Shown here in pieces: positions 33,454-43,830 of a stretch of 248,000 nucleotides of DNA. Position 1 is the stretch's first letter; each line of letters opens with the position of its first letter. The notes below the pieces were generated by a model that was not told where the DNA came from, did no database searches, and saw nothing but the letters and a program-made list of their open reading frames with translations. The position numbers and the translations under genes are program-made. The DNA comes from Andalucia godoyi And28 (lineage: Eukaryota > Protista > Jakobida): the NCBI GenBank assembly GCA_009859145.1, contig VRVR01000022.1:20001-268000 (forward strand), written 5' to 3'.

Positions 33454-33774
33454 TTTTTTGTTTAATTAAAAAAATAATAATAAAACGAAAACAAAAACCA
33501 GAAAATGAAAAGCGAAATGAAAAGTCAAGTTTGGGACTTCGAAACGGGAATTTCAAAAGGAGTTTGGAAACTTTTTAACGGAACACCAAAAAAGGGGGCT
33601 CCAGCATCACGTGATACAAACAATAAAAATTAAACAACCCTTAATATGTGGACATAGAGAACGATCTCGTCAAACTCGTCTCTCGCATTTGCTTTCGTTC
33701 GCTCGATTCCATTTGATTCTCTACTTGGATTCTTCTTTAATGAGTTTTGAATTTGTTTTGCAAGAATATAAAAG

Positions 33775-35985
33775 TTGTATAGAAGAGCGTGTATCAGTAT
33801 ATGCAGTATGCGGTTGATGTCGTGGATCACGTCTAGTGAACACTTTCCGACTGTCCGAGTGTTTCTTCCCCTAGTTTCGTTTTATTTATCCTTTCTAGCG
33901 CGCGATCACTATGCAAAGTCCCTTGGAGCCGGGACATCCGAGTTTGATGTTCAGATCACGCACTTGTTTCTCTCTCTTTTCTTAATTGCGGCGGCGCTGT
34001 TCCTTATTCTGGTGTCAAATGTCCCTGTGTGGGCTAGAACCGTGTGCTGCTTGTCGATCCTCGGATACTTTGCAGTGCTGATGGGGTCCGCAAAGGTCGA
34101 TCGGAAGACCAACCTCACGCGGTCGTTGCTCAATTTACTCGCGACATCGATGGTCCTTCTTGCTGCTTCGGTGGGTCTTACAATATATGGATGCGTCAAG
34201 TTTCCGGTGTTTCACAGGAGGCGATTGGGAGTGCCCATTGGGCTCTGGATGGCTGTTTTCGCCGTCGGTACTATGTCCCTGTTCTACACCTCAAGACTAC
34301 TGTGGTTCTATGTTGCGTGGCCGAAAGGCATCCACGACCATTTGTACTCGTCGGAGGGAATCCGCGCAACATCGGATGATCCAGCTGGGACGCTCAGCCC
34401 ACCGTATGCTTGTTTGATCAACACCCCGTTCCCGTATCTCAGTGCGCTGCCGGATCAAGCACTCAATTTCTGGGCGGGAGGCCTTCACTGCCCGTCGAAA
34501 GTCGGTGATTTGGCCACACTGCGCTGGGATCCAGTCTCGGTGTCCGTTCTCGTGCAGCTCAGGTGCGACGGAACGCAAGCGCCCGTGGGCGTCACTGTCA
34601 ACCCAACGAACATCGAGCAGAGTCTTAATGAGCCATGGTACGAAGAACGCATGTTTACGGAGTGGTTGGAACATGCGAAAAAGGCTGCAAAGACGCCGAA
34701 AGTCTTGTTTATGAGCCACAAGCCGGTGCAGCTGTCGGACGTCGAGATTGAGCTTCCGGCAAATGCTGACTGGATCGAGGTTCGATGCGGAGTTCAACGC
34801 CGGATTATGCCAGTCGTTGCTCCAAAATTCATGACATTTAGACCGCACGACATGAAGAAGTCGGTTGCGGATTGGAAGGCGCTTCGACCGAATGTTATCA
34901 TGCTCCTATTTGATGCTGTTTCGAGACCGCAAGCGCATCGTGCGCTTCCGAAGACGTTTGCTTTGCTAGAACAATTCGCACCGGGGCTTGTGCACGCAAA
35001 GGAAGAAAAGACGGCACCAGTGTATGGATATCTCCAAAATCGGGTGAAGATGGACGCTTTCGAATTTATGCGGTACCATTCTCTTGGCCATGCCACGGCC
35101 CACAACGCACCGCGGATGACCAGAGGCATGGCAACGTGCGATCCCGACGAGGTTGCATCGCCATTCAAAAGCGACTATGGAGCTTCTCCCTGCAACAACG
35201 ACTTTGAGACGCATCCGTTTCTCTGGCAACAGTTCAAGGGCGCAGGATATGCCACCATGTTTAATGTTGCGGAATGCGACGACTATCTGTCCGCATTGAA
35301 TGCCCCGTTCCGAGCTTCCGGGTCGTTTATCCACAAGTTTGTGGATCACTATTTGTCACCCATGTACTGTGATGAGGAATACGATGGAGCAGAGAGATCG
35401 AATTTCCAAGGGGCGTACGGTCTGACGAGGAGATGCATGGGCGGTGCATCTGTGTTTGACATTTCAATGGAGGCGGTGTCGCAGGCTCTTGATCACTATT
35501 CAACATCTCTCACTCCCCTCTTTGCCTATGTCCACTTGATGGAAGGCCACGAAGGCACCGGAGAAATCATCAAGTCTGTGGACGCTGCTCTTGTCGCTTG
35601 GCTCGAGAAGACCATGGTGCAGTACGGACACAACACGATTTTTGTCCTCGCAAGCGACCATGGCTCGCACATGGGGCCGAACTACTTGGTCACTCGTGCA
35701 GGTTCGTTGGAACATAGGCTTCCATTGTGGGTCACAGCATTTCCAAAATCCTACGTCGACCATCGCAACATTCGCGCAACGCTGCTTGACAACACCAGAC
35801 GACTGGTCACCGCCGATGATTTCCATGCCACATTTGCAGACATTGCCGCCACTGCAGCCGGGAAACCTTACGTGGCGAACGGAAGACTCGGCAAGAGCCT
35901 TGCTGCCGAAACAGTCGGCGATCGCCCCTGCAACGCCGTCGGCATCAAGCGCAACTGCCTCTGCTCTCCTTCCGTCGTACCGTAG
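33775..35985 (+). CDS. membrane-anchored DUF229/alkaline-phosphatase-superfamily protein
   Basis: PNVIMLLFDAVSR, SDHG, EHRLP, RLVTADDFHATF. Confidence 0.7.
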   Translation: MYRRACISICSMRLMSWITSSEHFPTVRVFLPLVSFYLSFLARDHYAKSLGAGTSEFDVQITHLFLSLFLIAAALFLILVSNVPVWARTVCCLSILGYFAVLMGSAKVDRKTNLTRSLLNLLATSMVLLAASVGLTIYGCVKFPVFHRRRLGVPIGLWMAVFAVGTMSLFYTSRLLWFYVAWPKGIHDHLYSSEGIRATSDDPAGTLSPPYACLINTPFPYLSALPDQALNFWAGGLHCPSKVGDLATLRWDPVSVSVLVQLRCDGTQAPVGVTVNPTNIEQSLNEPWYEERMFTEWLEHAKKAAKTPKVLFMSHKPVQLSDVEIELPANADWIEVRCGVQRRIMPVVAPKFMTFRPHDMKKSVADWKALRPNVIMLLFDAVSRPQAHRALPKTFALLEQFAPGLVHAKEEKTAPVYGYLQNRVKMDAFEFMRYHSLGHATAHNAPRMTRGMATCDPDEVASPFKSDYGASPCNNDFETHPFLWQQFKGAGYATMFNVAECDDYLSALNAPFRASGSFIHKFVDHYLSPMYCDEEYDGAERSNFQGAYGLTRRCMGGASVFDISMEAVSQALDHYSTSLTPLFAYVHLMEGHEGTGEIIKSVDAALVAWLEKTMVQYGHNTIFVLASDHGSHMGPNYLVTRAGSLEHRLPLWVTAFPKSYVDHRNIRATLLDNTRRLVTADDFHATFADIAATAAGKPYVANGRLGKSLAAETVGDRPCNAVGIKRNCLCSPSVVP

Positions 35986-36326
35986 TCAGCTCGACGGAAA
36001 AGCAAAAAATATTTTTAAAACAATATCGAAATAAAGACGAAATTGATGCCTTGATGCAATCCTGGTTTGGGCCCTGCCTGTCAACTCTCGTCTCTCTCTG
36101 TGTCTCTCTCTCTCTCTCCCTCTCCTTTCTCCGAGCCCAAAGTACGTGTCTCCGTCGCTTCCCTTTTTCTTTTTGGTTTTTTGTTTTGTGGTCGACTATT
36201 TCGTATAGGCTCATTTCATAATAATTGTTATTGCTGTTGTTGAATAATTTCTATTAATATTATTAATATTATTATATTTTTTATTATTATTATTATTTTA
36301 TTTTATTTTTGGTGCAGCGGAGAAAG

Positions 36327-37142
36327 ATGAGTGATGAGCGCCTTGATGCAGCGCTTGATTTGATGCGCCGAATGAGTCCTGCAAAGACTGCGGAGAATCT
36401 GACTCGGCTCGCAGCGCTTGTTCCGGAGATGACGGATTCGCTTCTGCAGACGATTGACCAGCCGCTGAAGTCGACGCAGTGTCCGTCGACTGGAAACCAG
36501 TTTTTGCTATCAGACTTCAACCGCGATGGCGACTCGTTCCGGTCTCCGTGGTCCAATGAGTACGTTCCAGCAATCGAAGACGGGATCTCGCCTTCCGAGG
36601 CCCTGCGTCTTGTGGAGCGCGAAATGAACGAGACGTGGAAGGCATATGCACGGGCGTATCATGACCAGGGCGCGGTGTCTTCTGTGTACTGCTGGGATCT
36701 TGAAGATGGGACGTTTGCGGAAACGGGAGGGTTTGCAGCAGCGTTTCTGATCAAGAAGCAGCTTGAAAAGGGCTGCTGGGACGCTATTCATGTCGTTCAG
36801 GTCAACCCCGCCCAAGGGTCACAGGACAGGGCTACGTATACTCTGACGTCGACGGTCATGGTTGCACTGGAAGCAAGAGATATGGATCTTGGTGGGTCGC
36901 TGACGAGACAGCGGTCCGTGGAAATGGCGCTGCGGCACGGAAAGCGATCGCACATCGCAAACATTGGAGGAATGATCCAGGACGAGGAGCTCCGGCTTAG
37001 AACCCAGATCGAAGATGTTTACTTTGGAAAAACCGCTGAAATTGCTGGTTTGCTTCACTCCAGGACATCTTTGCAAGAACGGGATGCGCGCAAGAACCTC
37101 GCGATGGGCCTCTCTGCCGCCCTCAACAACCGCAAGGCTTAG
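36327..37142 (+). CDS. CAPZB: F-actin capping protein beta
   Basis: ALDLMRRMSP, DFNRDGDSFRSPWSN, VSSVYCWD, WDAIHVV. Confidence 0.9.
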   Translation: MSDERLDAALDLMRRMSPAKTAENLTRLAALVPEMTDSLLQTIDQPLKSTQCPSTGNQFLLSDFNRDGDSFRSPWSNEYVPAIEDGISPSEALRLVEREMNETWKAYARAYHDQGAVSSVYCWDLEDGTFAETGGFAAAFLIKKQLEKGCWDAIHVVQVNPAQGSQDRATYTLTSTVMVALEARDMDLGGSLTRQRSVEMALRHGKRSHIANIGGMIQDEELRLRTQIEDVYFGKTAEIAGLLHSRTSLQERDARKNLAMGLSAALNNRKA

Positions 37143-37688
37143 GAAAACGAAAGGGGACTCCTGTCTACCTGGCTCTCTAGTTCTGACCCTATCTCTCGCT
37201 TCCACTGGAGTGCATGTGGGCTGCTTCCTTTCTGTCATCTTCTGTCCTCAAAAAAGAAAAGAAAAAAATAATCTGTTTCACTCTTGAACTTTCTCTGTTG
37301 TTTTCTCCGTCCTTGTGTGTGCGTGTGTGCGTGTGTGTGTAGCACGTTTTTTGATTGTGTTGCTGTTGCTTTTTTTCCCTTGGTGGGGAGGACGTTTGAG
37401 ACTTCCCGACGATAATTTTTGTTTCATTTGGTCCCAGTGCAACTGCGCAATGGGCAAAAGAGAAGGAAACAATGAATAAACGAAAAGACCTCTAGGGAAA
37501 AAAGAGCAACATCTTTGGTTTTGCTTGTTCGGAACCTTGGTTATACTTTCTTTGGAAGCTTCCTGTTTTCTCTTTTGATGACGCATCAACAAAGCCAATG
37601 TGTTGCTGTTCACATACGTATATGTATTATGTGGGTATATATTACATGCCGATATGATACATGAGAAACCGAGGAGCGCAGGTCGTTG

Positions 37689-40307
37689 CTAGCGTCTCCG
37701 CGAAAACGAAGCAGCTGGCCGTCGATCGTAGGCATCTGCATGCGCATTGTCGTCATCGATGCCGTCGCTACGACCACCACCGTCGCGGTTGCCGCCGTCG
37801 TCATCATCGTCGTCGTCGTCCAAGAGATCCGACGCGAGGGAAGCCAGCGATCGCACCTTTTCCTGCAGACGAGGTCGCGGTGCCGTCGGAAGGACGCCCA
37901 TTGGAGTGCGCTGAAGCTGGCGAAGGCTCGCTAGCAGCGTGTTTCTCTCCTTTTGCAACGCACCAATTTGGTCATCCTTGCGCCGCGTCTTTTCCTCCCA
38001 GTACACTTCTCTGGCTTCCTGTTCCGTTCGTCGCAGTTCGTTGATCTTTGCAATTTCCTTCTCTGCCTTGCGTACCAAGGACTCCTTCTTTGCAATGTCC
38101 CGCTCCAGCTTGGCAATGGACTCTCGCGCTTCCGCTTCTTTTTCCTTCCACCGGATAATCTCCGTCTTCGAAGACGCGTCGGAATCTTCGCGGGACCGCT
38201 GGACCTCCTTCTCCAGCCGATCAATCTCGTCGTCACGCCTGCGGATTTCGTGCTTCAGTCGCACAACTTCATCCACCGATCGAGAAGCCTCGGATTTCAA
38301 TGTTTCGACCTCGCGACGTTTTTCCTCGGCTTCCCGAGTCAGTGCTGCAATCCGACGGTCCCGGTCCTCCAAATCCGCATCGTGAAACACCTTCATCCGC
38401 TGAAACCGCTCCTCAACGAGCGTGTCCTCAATCTGCGACCGGCGCGAAAGCGAGTCTCGTTCAATACGCAGGCTGTCGATTTCCTTCCGCAGGGTGTCCA
38501 CAACGACATGAGACGTCTTCTCTCGATCCTCCTTGTCGGACTGCCGAACCACCTGGACAGCATGGTTCTTCGTTCTAACCTCATTCCACTTGTTCCGCAC
38601 AAGTCCGTTGAGCCAGTGGATTCGCATCGTTGCAAACGCAAGTCGTTGTTCATACGCCTCCAGCCGCGCACTGACCTTGCTTCGAATCACCTGCTCGACG
38701 ATGCCGCACAGCATATCTGGAGAAAGCGCCTTCTTCAGCATGGCCAAGCTGGAGCCATGTCTAGTGCGCTCCCGCGCCATCATATCTTCCTGCTTCTTGA
38801 TCATTCCCTCGAGCACTTTAACTCGGGTCTTCTCCGCTTCCACAAGCGCCTCTGCCCCTTCGAGTCTCTTCCTGATTACAGCAGACTCCCGTAAGTTGCT
38901 TTCCATGGTTCGCATGAGCTGGGACTCCCGGTGTTTCGACAAGGACTGCACGTCTCGCACTCGCTGACCCAGCGTCTTCTCCTTGAGAATAGCACGGTAT
39001 GCAGCTTCTCTCCAGCGCTGGATCGAGGACTGCAACACGGGATCCGCCTCAGCACCAGCCGGACTCGAGAGTCGCTGCAGCTGCTCGTCTTGAATCGCCG
39101 TGATGTCCTCCAACGCTGCGATCCGCGTTCGTGAAGCATCCAAGTCTCTCGACAGCATGGTGATTTGGTCGCGCAAAGACGCCACCAGATCGTCCGACGG
39201 CTCCTCAACAGCCATTGAAAACTCGGCTTCCGAATGCGCCTTCAGATCTCGCTCGAGGTCCTTCTGATGGAACAGCAGTTCTCGAAGCTGCCGAACCGTG
39301 TCTCTCTCCGCATCCAGCATGGACCTGCTTTCTGTTACTTGCTCTTCCATTGCCTTTACCCTTGCGTGTGCTTCGTGCAACTGTGAATGGGCAGTCCGCA
39401 AGTCGTCGTCGGCTGCATCAAGTCGCTGCGTTTTTGCATCGCGATCTCGCTGCGTTTCCAGCAGCTCCATCCTCGTTCTCTCAAGCTGCGACTCCAGCAC
39501 TCTCATCCTCGCAATCTGATCCAACCGGTCCATTTCGCTCGCAAACGACGCCTTCCCAGGCCTCCTCCCTCCCGCACTGTCACTCATCACCTGATCAGGG
39601 TGATCCTCCACGACCCTTTCCTGCCGCTGCCACTGCGATTGCGATTGTGAGTGCGGCTGAAGAGCAGGCGGCACCAAAGACTGAGCGTGCTCACCCGGCA
39701 ACGAGTGGTCATGGTGCGCAGTGCCTTCATCCTCTCGATACGCAGAAGCGTGCGGAATCCTGGTGTGAGAGAGGTGGACAGTCCGATTCGCACTTTGTGC
39801 CCTGGCGTCTGCTCTTCTGATTTTCCAGTATCTGCGCTCATCGTCAGTGATCCGAATGCCGTCAATGACCTCAACTCCCGGCACCCGCATCGACACCGCC
39901 TCGCGATACTGGTCTTCGTCCTCAAACTGCTGCTGGAATGGATTCCCCGCTGCGCCAAGCTCCTTCAAAAACACGCATTTTCGCAGAGGCGTCAGCGCCT
40001 CGATGTCTGTCATCAGATTCGATGACAAATCAAGCGCTTCAATCACAGGTAGCTCGATATGCACCGCCACCGGAATCTCTGAAATTCTGTTATTCGACAA
40101 GTTCAGCAGCCGTAGTCTGCGCAACGCCGACAGATTCTCAATCTGCGATATCTGGTTGAACGACGCATCGATCTTCTCAAGCGATCGTAATCCCTCGAGA
40201 TTCTCGATTTTCGATATGCAGTTCTGCGACACATTGAACACTGCGAGACTAGGATGCTTCAGAAGAACATCTGCCACTAATTCTCGTGATATGCAGTGAA
40301 GCGGCAT
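37689..40307 (-). CDS. LRR plus long coiled-coil protein (CCHCR1-like region)
   Basis: SDS22-type LRRs at N-terminus; QRWREAAY coiled coil. Confidence 0.65.
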   Translation of the reverse strand: MPLHCISRELVADVLLKHPSLAVFNVSQNCISKIENLEGLRSLEKIDASFNQISQIENLSALRRLRLLNLSNNRISEIPVAVHIELPVIEALDLSSNLMTDIEALTPLRKCVFLKELGAAGNPFQQQFEDEDQYREAVSMRVPGVEVIDGIRITDDERRYWKIRRADARAQSANRTVHLSHTRIPHASAYREDEGTAHHDHSLPGEHAQSLVPPALQPHSQSQSQWQRQERVVEDHPDQVMSDSAGGRRPGKASFASEMDRLDQIARMRVLESQLERTRMELLETQRDRDAKTQRLDAADDDLRTAHSQLHEAHARVKAMEEQVTESRSMLDAERDTVRQLRELLFHQKDLERDLKAHSEAEFSMAVEEPSDDLVASLRDQITMLSRDLDASRTRIAALEDITAIQDEQLQRLSSPAGAEADPVLQSSIQRWREAAYRAILKEKTLGQRVRDVQSLSKHRESQLMRTMESNLRESAVIRKRLEGAEALVEAEKTRVKVLEGMIKKQEDMMARERTRHGSSLAMLKKALSPDMLCGIVEQVIRSKVSARLEAYEQRLAFATMRIHWLNGLVRNKWNEVRTKNHAVQVVRQSDKEDREKTSHVVVDTLRKEIDSLRIERDSLSRRSQIEDTLVEERFQRMKVFHDADLEDRDRRIAALTREAEEKRREVETLKSEASRSVDEVVRLKHEIRRRDDEIDRLEKEVQRSREDSDASSKTEIIRWKEKEAEARESIAKLERDIAKKESLVRKAEKEIAKINELRRTEQEAREVYWEEKTRRKDDQIGALQKERNTLLASLRQLQRTPMGVLPTAPRPRLQEKVRSLASLASDLLDDDDDDDDGGNRDGGGRSDGIDDDNAHADAYDRRPAASFSRRR

Positions 40308-40937
40308 TCCATCAACCCCAAGCCGCGAAAGAAAATGAAAAGAATAACAATAACAATAGCAATAGGAACAATAATAAGAAGGAGGGGGGGAACTGTACAA
40401 TGTTAACTAGTATAACAACAATGGAGACAGAAACGTAAAGAATCATATGCAAAAAATGGGCAGTTTTAAATTTTAAAAAGACGATCGTTATATCTGAGAT
40501 GAGGAAAATTGTCCGGCAGTCTCGCGACGGAGGGGGAAAAGGGCGCGCGACTCGTAGACTCGATTGATGCATGCATTTCGGCACATTCGACGACGAATCA
40601 TCTGCATAAGCCAAGGAAGCGAGCGCTGCTTAGGAAGTGAAGGGATGCGAGCGACAGGAAGGAATATGAATACGAGTTCGATCATAAGAAGGAAAACAAA
40701 GAGGGGGAGGAAAAACGAGACGATAGAAGAAGAGAAGAGAGGCATATGTCGTTGGAATCGAGAATACTAGATTCTTGTCGGCGTCATCATCCAGTATGTC
40801 TGAGTGAGCTTTTGTTTTTGTTTTTGTTTTTTACATATTGGAATTGGACCTGGAATGTATGATGACGAAACTAATGCGAGATGGATGATGATGGTGGTGG
40901 TGATTTGTGATTTGTGATTGATGAGTGTATATAGGCA

Positions 40938-41900
40938 TTGGCACAAGACACGTTGCTTTCGGAGTTGTCGTCGAGCACATCGCATGCGGACATTGTTGCT
41001 TCGATTAATTCACTGATTCAGCGCGGACGGCTGCAGGTGATCCGGGCGCCGAATGACCAGATTTTGTACAAGGAGGTGAGCGAGGAGACTGCGCAGAAGT
41101 TCCGAGGGCTGACTGCGGAAGACATGCTCGTGTACCAGATTATCGAGTCGTCTGCGAGCCAAGGGATCTGGACGCGGCACATCAAGACGAGGAGTAATCT
41201 GCAGCAGACACAGCTCAACAAGATTCTCAAGAATCTCGAGTCCCGAAGGCTTGTGAAGCAGGTCAAGTCAATCGAGGCAAAGACGCGAAAGGTATACATG
41301 CTCTTTGATCTGGAGCCGTCGCGAGACCTGACCGGTGGGCCCTGGTATTCCGAGCAGGACTTTGACTCGGCGTTCGTGGACGACCTCCTGCTGCACATCT
41401 ACAAGTATATTCAGGCTCGAAAGCACGCAACGGCATCACAGATCGCAGAGTTCATCCGCGCTTCAGGTATCACTACCGTCGATCTCAGAGACGCGGATGT
41501 CCAAGCTTTGATCCAGGCCCTTGTCTGGGACGGTCGCATCGTCGAAACGTTTGTCAATCCCAGCACCTTCGGTGCATCTGCATCGTCTGCAACGGCATCT
41601 GCATCTGCATCTGGATCAGCAGCTGGATCAGCAGCTGGGTCAGGACCCGGCTCAAGGAAATCATCGCTCAAAGATGGACTAGGAGTGTCGGCGGCAGGAG
41701 GCTCGTCATCGTCTGCGGCTGGGGCTCTGCACTACAAGGTAGCTGGGTATTATCTTGAAGCGGATGCGCTGACCGAGGTTCCGTGTGCTTCCTGCCCGGT
41801 GTTCGACGTGTGCTCGCCCAATGGAGACGTGAATCCACAGACGTGCGTGTACTATAACACTTGGTTGAAGTTGGAGGCAGATGAACCAGCCCCGTCGTAA
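40938..41900 (+). CDS. POLR3F: RNA polymerase III subunit RPC34
   Basis: GIWTRHIK, RKVYMLFDLEPSRDLTGGPWY, C-terminal PCASCPVFDVC Fe-S cluster; start uncertain. Confidence 0.9.
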   Translation: MAQDTLLSELSSSTSHADIVASINSLIQRGRLQVIRAPNDQILYKEVSEETAQKFRGLTAEDMLVYQIIESSASQGIWTRHIKTRSNLQQTQLNKILKNLESRRLVKQVKSIEAKTRKVYMLFDLEPSRDLTGGPWYSEQDFDSAFVDDLLLHIYKYIQARKHATASQIAEFIRASGITTVDLRDADVQALIQALVWDGRIVETFVNPSTFGASASSATASASASGSAAGSAAGSGPGSRKSSLKDGLGVSAAGGSSSSAAGALHYKVAGYYLEADALTEVPCASCPVFDVCSPNGDVNPQTCVYYNTWLKLEADEPAPS

Positions 41901-42126
41901 TTGTAAACATGACAGCGAGCGCGCCGAGAATAGGGATCTCCAGTACTGCCCCTGCGGCTTCGTGAAACATGGCGCGTCCCACGAGGGCATCCGGAAATAC
42001 CATTTGGTTACAGTTTTACAAAACACACGCCCACTGCAGACGCACCACAGGCAGACAAGTACGAACACACACACTCTCTCTCTCCCCTCACACACACACA
42101 CACACACACATGCGTCAATGTTGTTC

Positions 42127-43482
42127 TTAAACGACGCCAGAAAGATTCGTTGGTCTCGTCAATGGTGGAGCAAGACCGAGACGTGTATAGTATCCGGAAC
42201 GGATTTGTCTAACAGATCGATTTTCAAGAAGGACAGTCTTGTGGACTCGGAGCGGCCTGACCATTTCAGCACCAGCAGGGCCGAGACCGGGCATGACAGC
42301 GGTTCCCTTGTCACCACCTTCATCGTCACCTCCGCGGACGGATCGGTAGAGACCAAGACCAATGAGAATGACAATAAGACCTGCAATATCTGTGATTCGC
42401 AGTTGTGTCGCATGCTCGCCCATGATGAATTTGAAGGTAAAGCAGATGTTTGCCAGCGGGATAACCACGGCAGATGCAACAAACATGAGCGTTGCAGAAC
42501 CGAACTTGAGAATCATAACGAGCAGGATGTTGTAGGCAATGTTAAAGACCATGTAGATGGTGACGAACGGACCGGCCTTCGGGCAGTCATCCACGACGCA
42601 ATCAGAGCCCTCTCCGTCGCACGACTTGATCGAGTTTTGGCCTGTGAAGTAGCACTTTGCACCATTTGCAAAGTTCTCGGGAATCTGTGATATTGCAATT
42701 CCCTGCACAGGAGCACACGGAACCGCAAACAACAGCTGCACCAAGACCTGGAACACAGCGACCCATGCATTCAGATAGTAGGCATCCATTGGCTGATCCT
42801 TGAACGCTAGCTCCTTGTAGATTGACGAGAGTGCGGTTGGAACGGTTGCCAAGAAGAACAAGCACGTCCACAGAGCATCTCCGCCGCCACCACCACCCGT
42901 CAGAATAGGCGGCAGCAACGTCACGAGGATACCTCCAAAGATGATCACGGAGCCCAGATACTGTCTCCAATGGTAGCGCATCTTGAGCAAGAAGAACGAG
43001 AAGATCATCGTGACTGGAATCGCGCCCTGAGACAGCAACACCGTCATTGGACCCGGAATGTGCGCAGATCCGAAAACAACCAAAACTCCAGCTACCGCAT
43101 CCAGCGCGCCCATAACCGCAAACTTACGCTTCGGGTACTTGATCATATCATCCGTGATGTGATCCGTGAACTTCAGCTTGTACCAAACAGCCCCGAAAAA
43201 CAGCGGAAGATAGATTACAGAGGTCAGCACAGACAGGAAATACAGATAATTCGCCATTGGATACGTCATCAGCTTCAACGCCACCTTGTTTCCCGTACCT
43301 GCTATAATCACTCCAATAAGAAGAGACGCCAGGAACAGCCGAGATGCCTTTGCCGTCGTCCCGCTGGACCCCGCATCGCCGCTTCCGGCTCCTGCTCCTG
43401 CGGTGGACGCTGCTGCATCCGCCGACGAGTCCTGGCCATCGCTACGAGTAATCAGCGGCGTTGACTCTTTTCCCTTCCCCAT
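42127..43482 (-). CDS. chloroquine-resistance-transporter-like (CRT/CLT) protein
   Basis: 10 TM; NKVALKLM..PMANY, LLSQGAIP, ALSSIYKELAF, CFTGQNS. Confidence 0.8.
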   Translation of the reverse strand: MGKGKESTPLITRSDGQDSSADAAASTAGAGAGSGDAGSSGTTAKASRLFLASLLIGVIIAGTGNKVALKLMTYPMANYLYFLSVLTSVIYLPLFFGAVWYKLKFTDHITDDMIKYPKRKFAVMGALDAVAGVLVVFGSAHIPGPMTVLLSQGAIPVTMIFSFFLLKMRYHWRQYLGSVIIFGGILVTLLPPILTGGGGGGDALWTCLFFLATVPTALSSIYKELAFKDQPMDAYYLNAWVAVFQVLVQLLFAVPCAPVQGIAISQIPENFANGAKCYFTGQNSIKSCDGEGSDCVVDDCPKAGPFVTIYMVFNIAYNILLVMILKFGSATLMFVASAVVIPLANICFTFKFIMGEHATQLRITDIAGLIVILIGLGLYRSVRGGDDEGGDKGTAVMPGLGPAGAEMVRPLRVHKTVLLENRSVRQIRSGYYTRLGLAPPLTRPTNLSGVV

Positions 43483-43546
43483 CTTGCACCCAACAATCTA
43501 GTAAAAGAAACAAAAACAAAAGCAGAAAAACAAAACAAAACAAAAC

Positions 43547-43578
<32 letters not shown>

Positions 43579-43830
43579 TGATTTTAAATAATAAAAAAAT
43601 ATTAATACTAACCTTACATAATCCTCGTAATCGTAATAATAAAAAGAAAAGAGTAAGGGTCTGAAAATGCGCTAGGAGACAATAGACTATGCAAAGCGTT
43701 TGAGCTTCGACACAGAAGCTCAGAGCGGAATTTTGAGGGGTTTTCTGTTCCCTTTCGCTGAGCTTATGGCAGGGGGGTTGGGATTACAGCAGGCGAGGAA
43801 GGAGTGAGGGGGGAAGGTTGGGAAGACCTT

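Noticed and set aside
43690-43770. Hairpin plus Sm-site-like GAATTTTGAG
   Set aside because: No match to U1, U2, U4 or U5 conserved cores.
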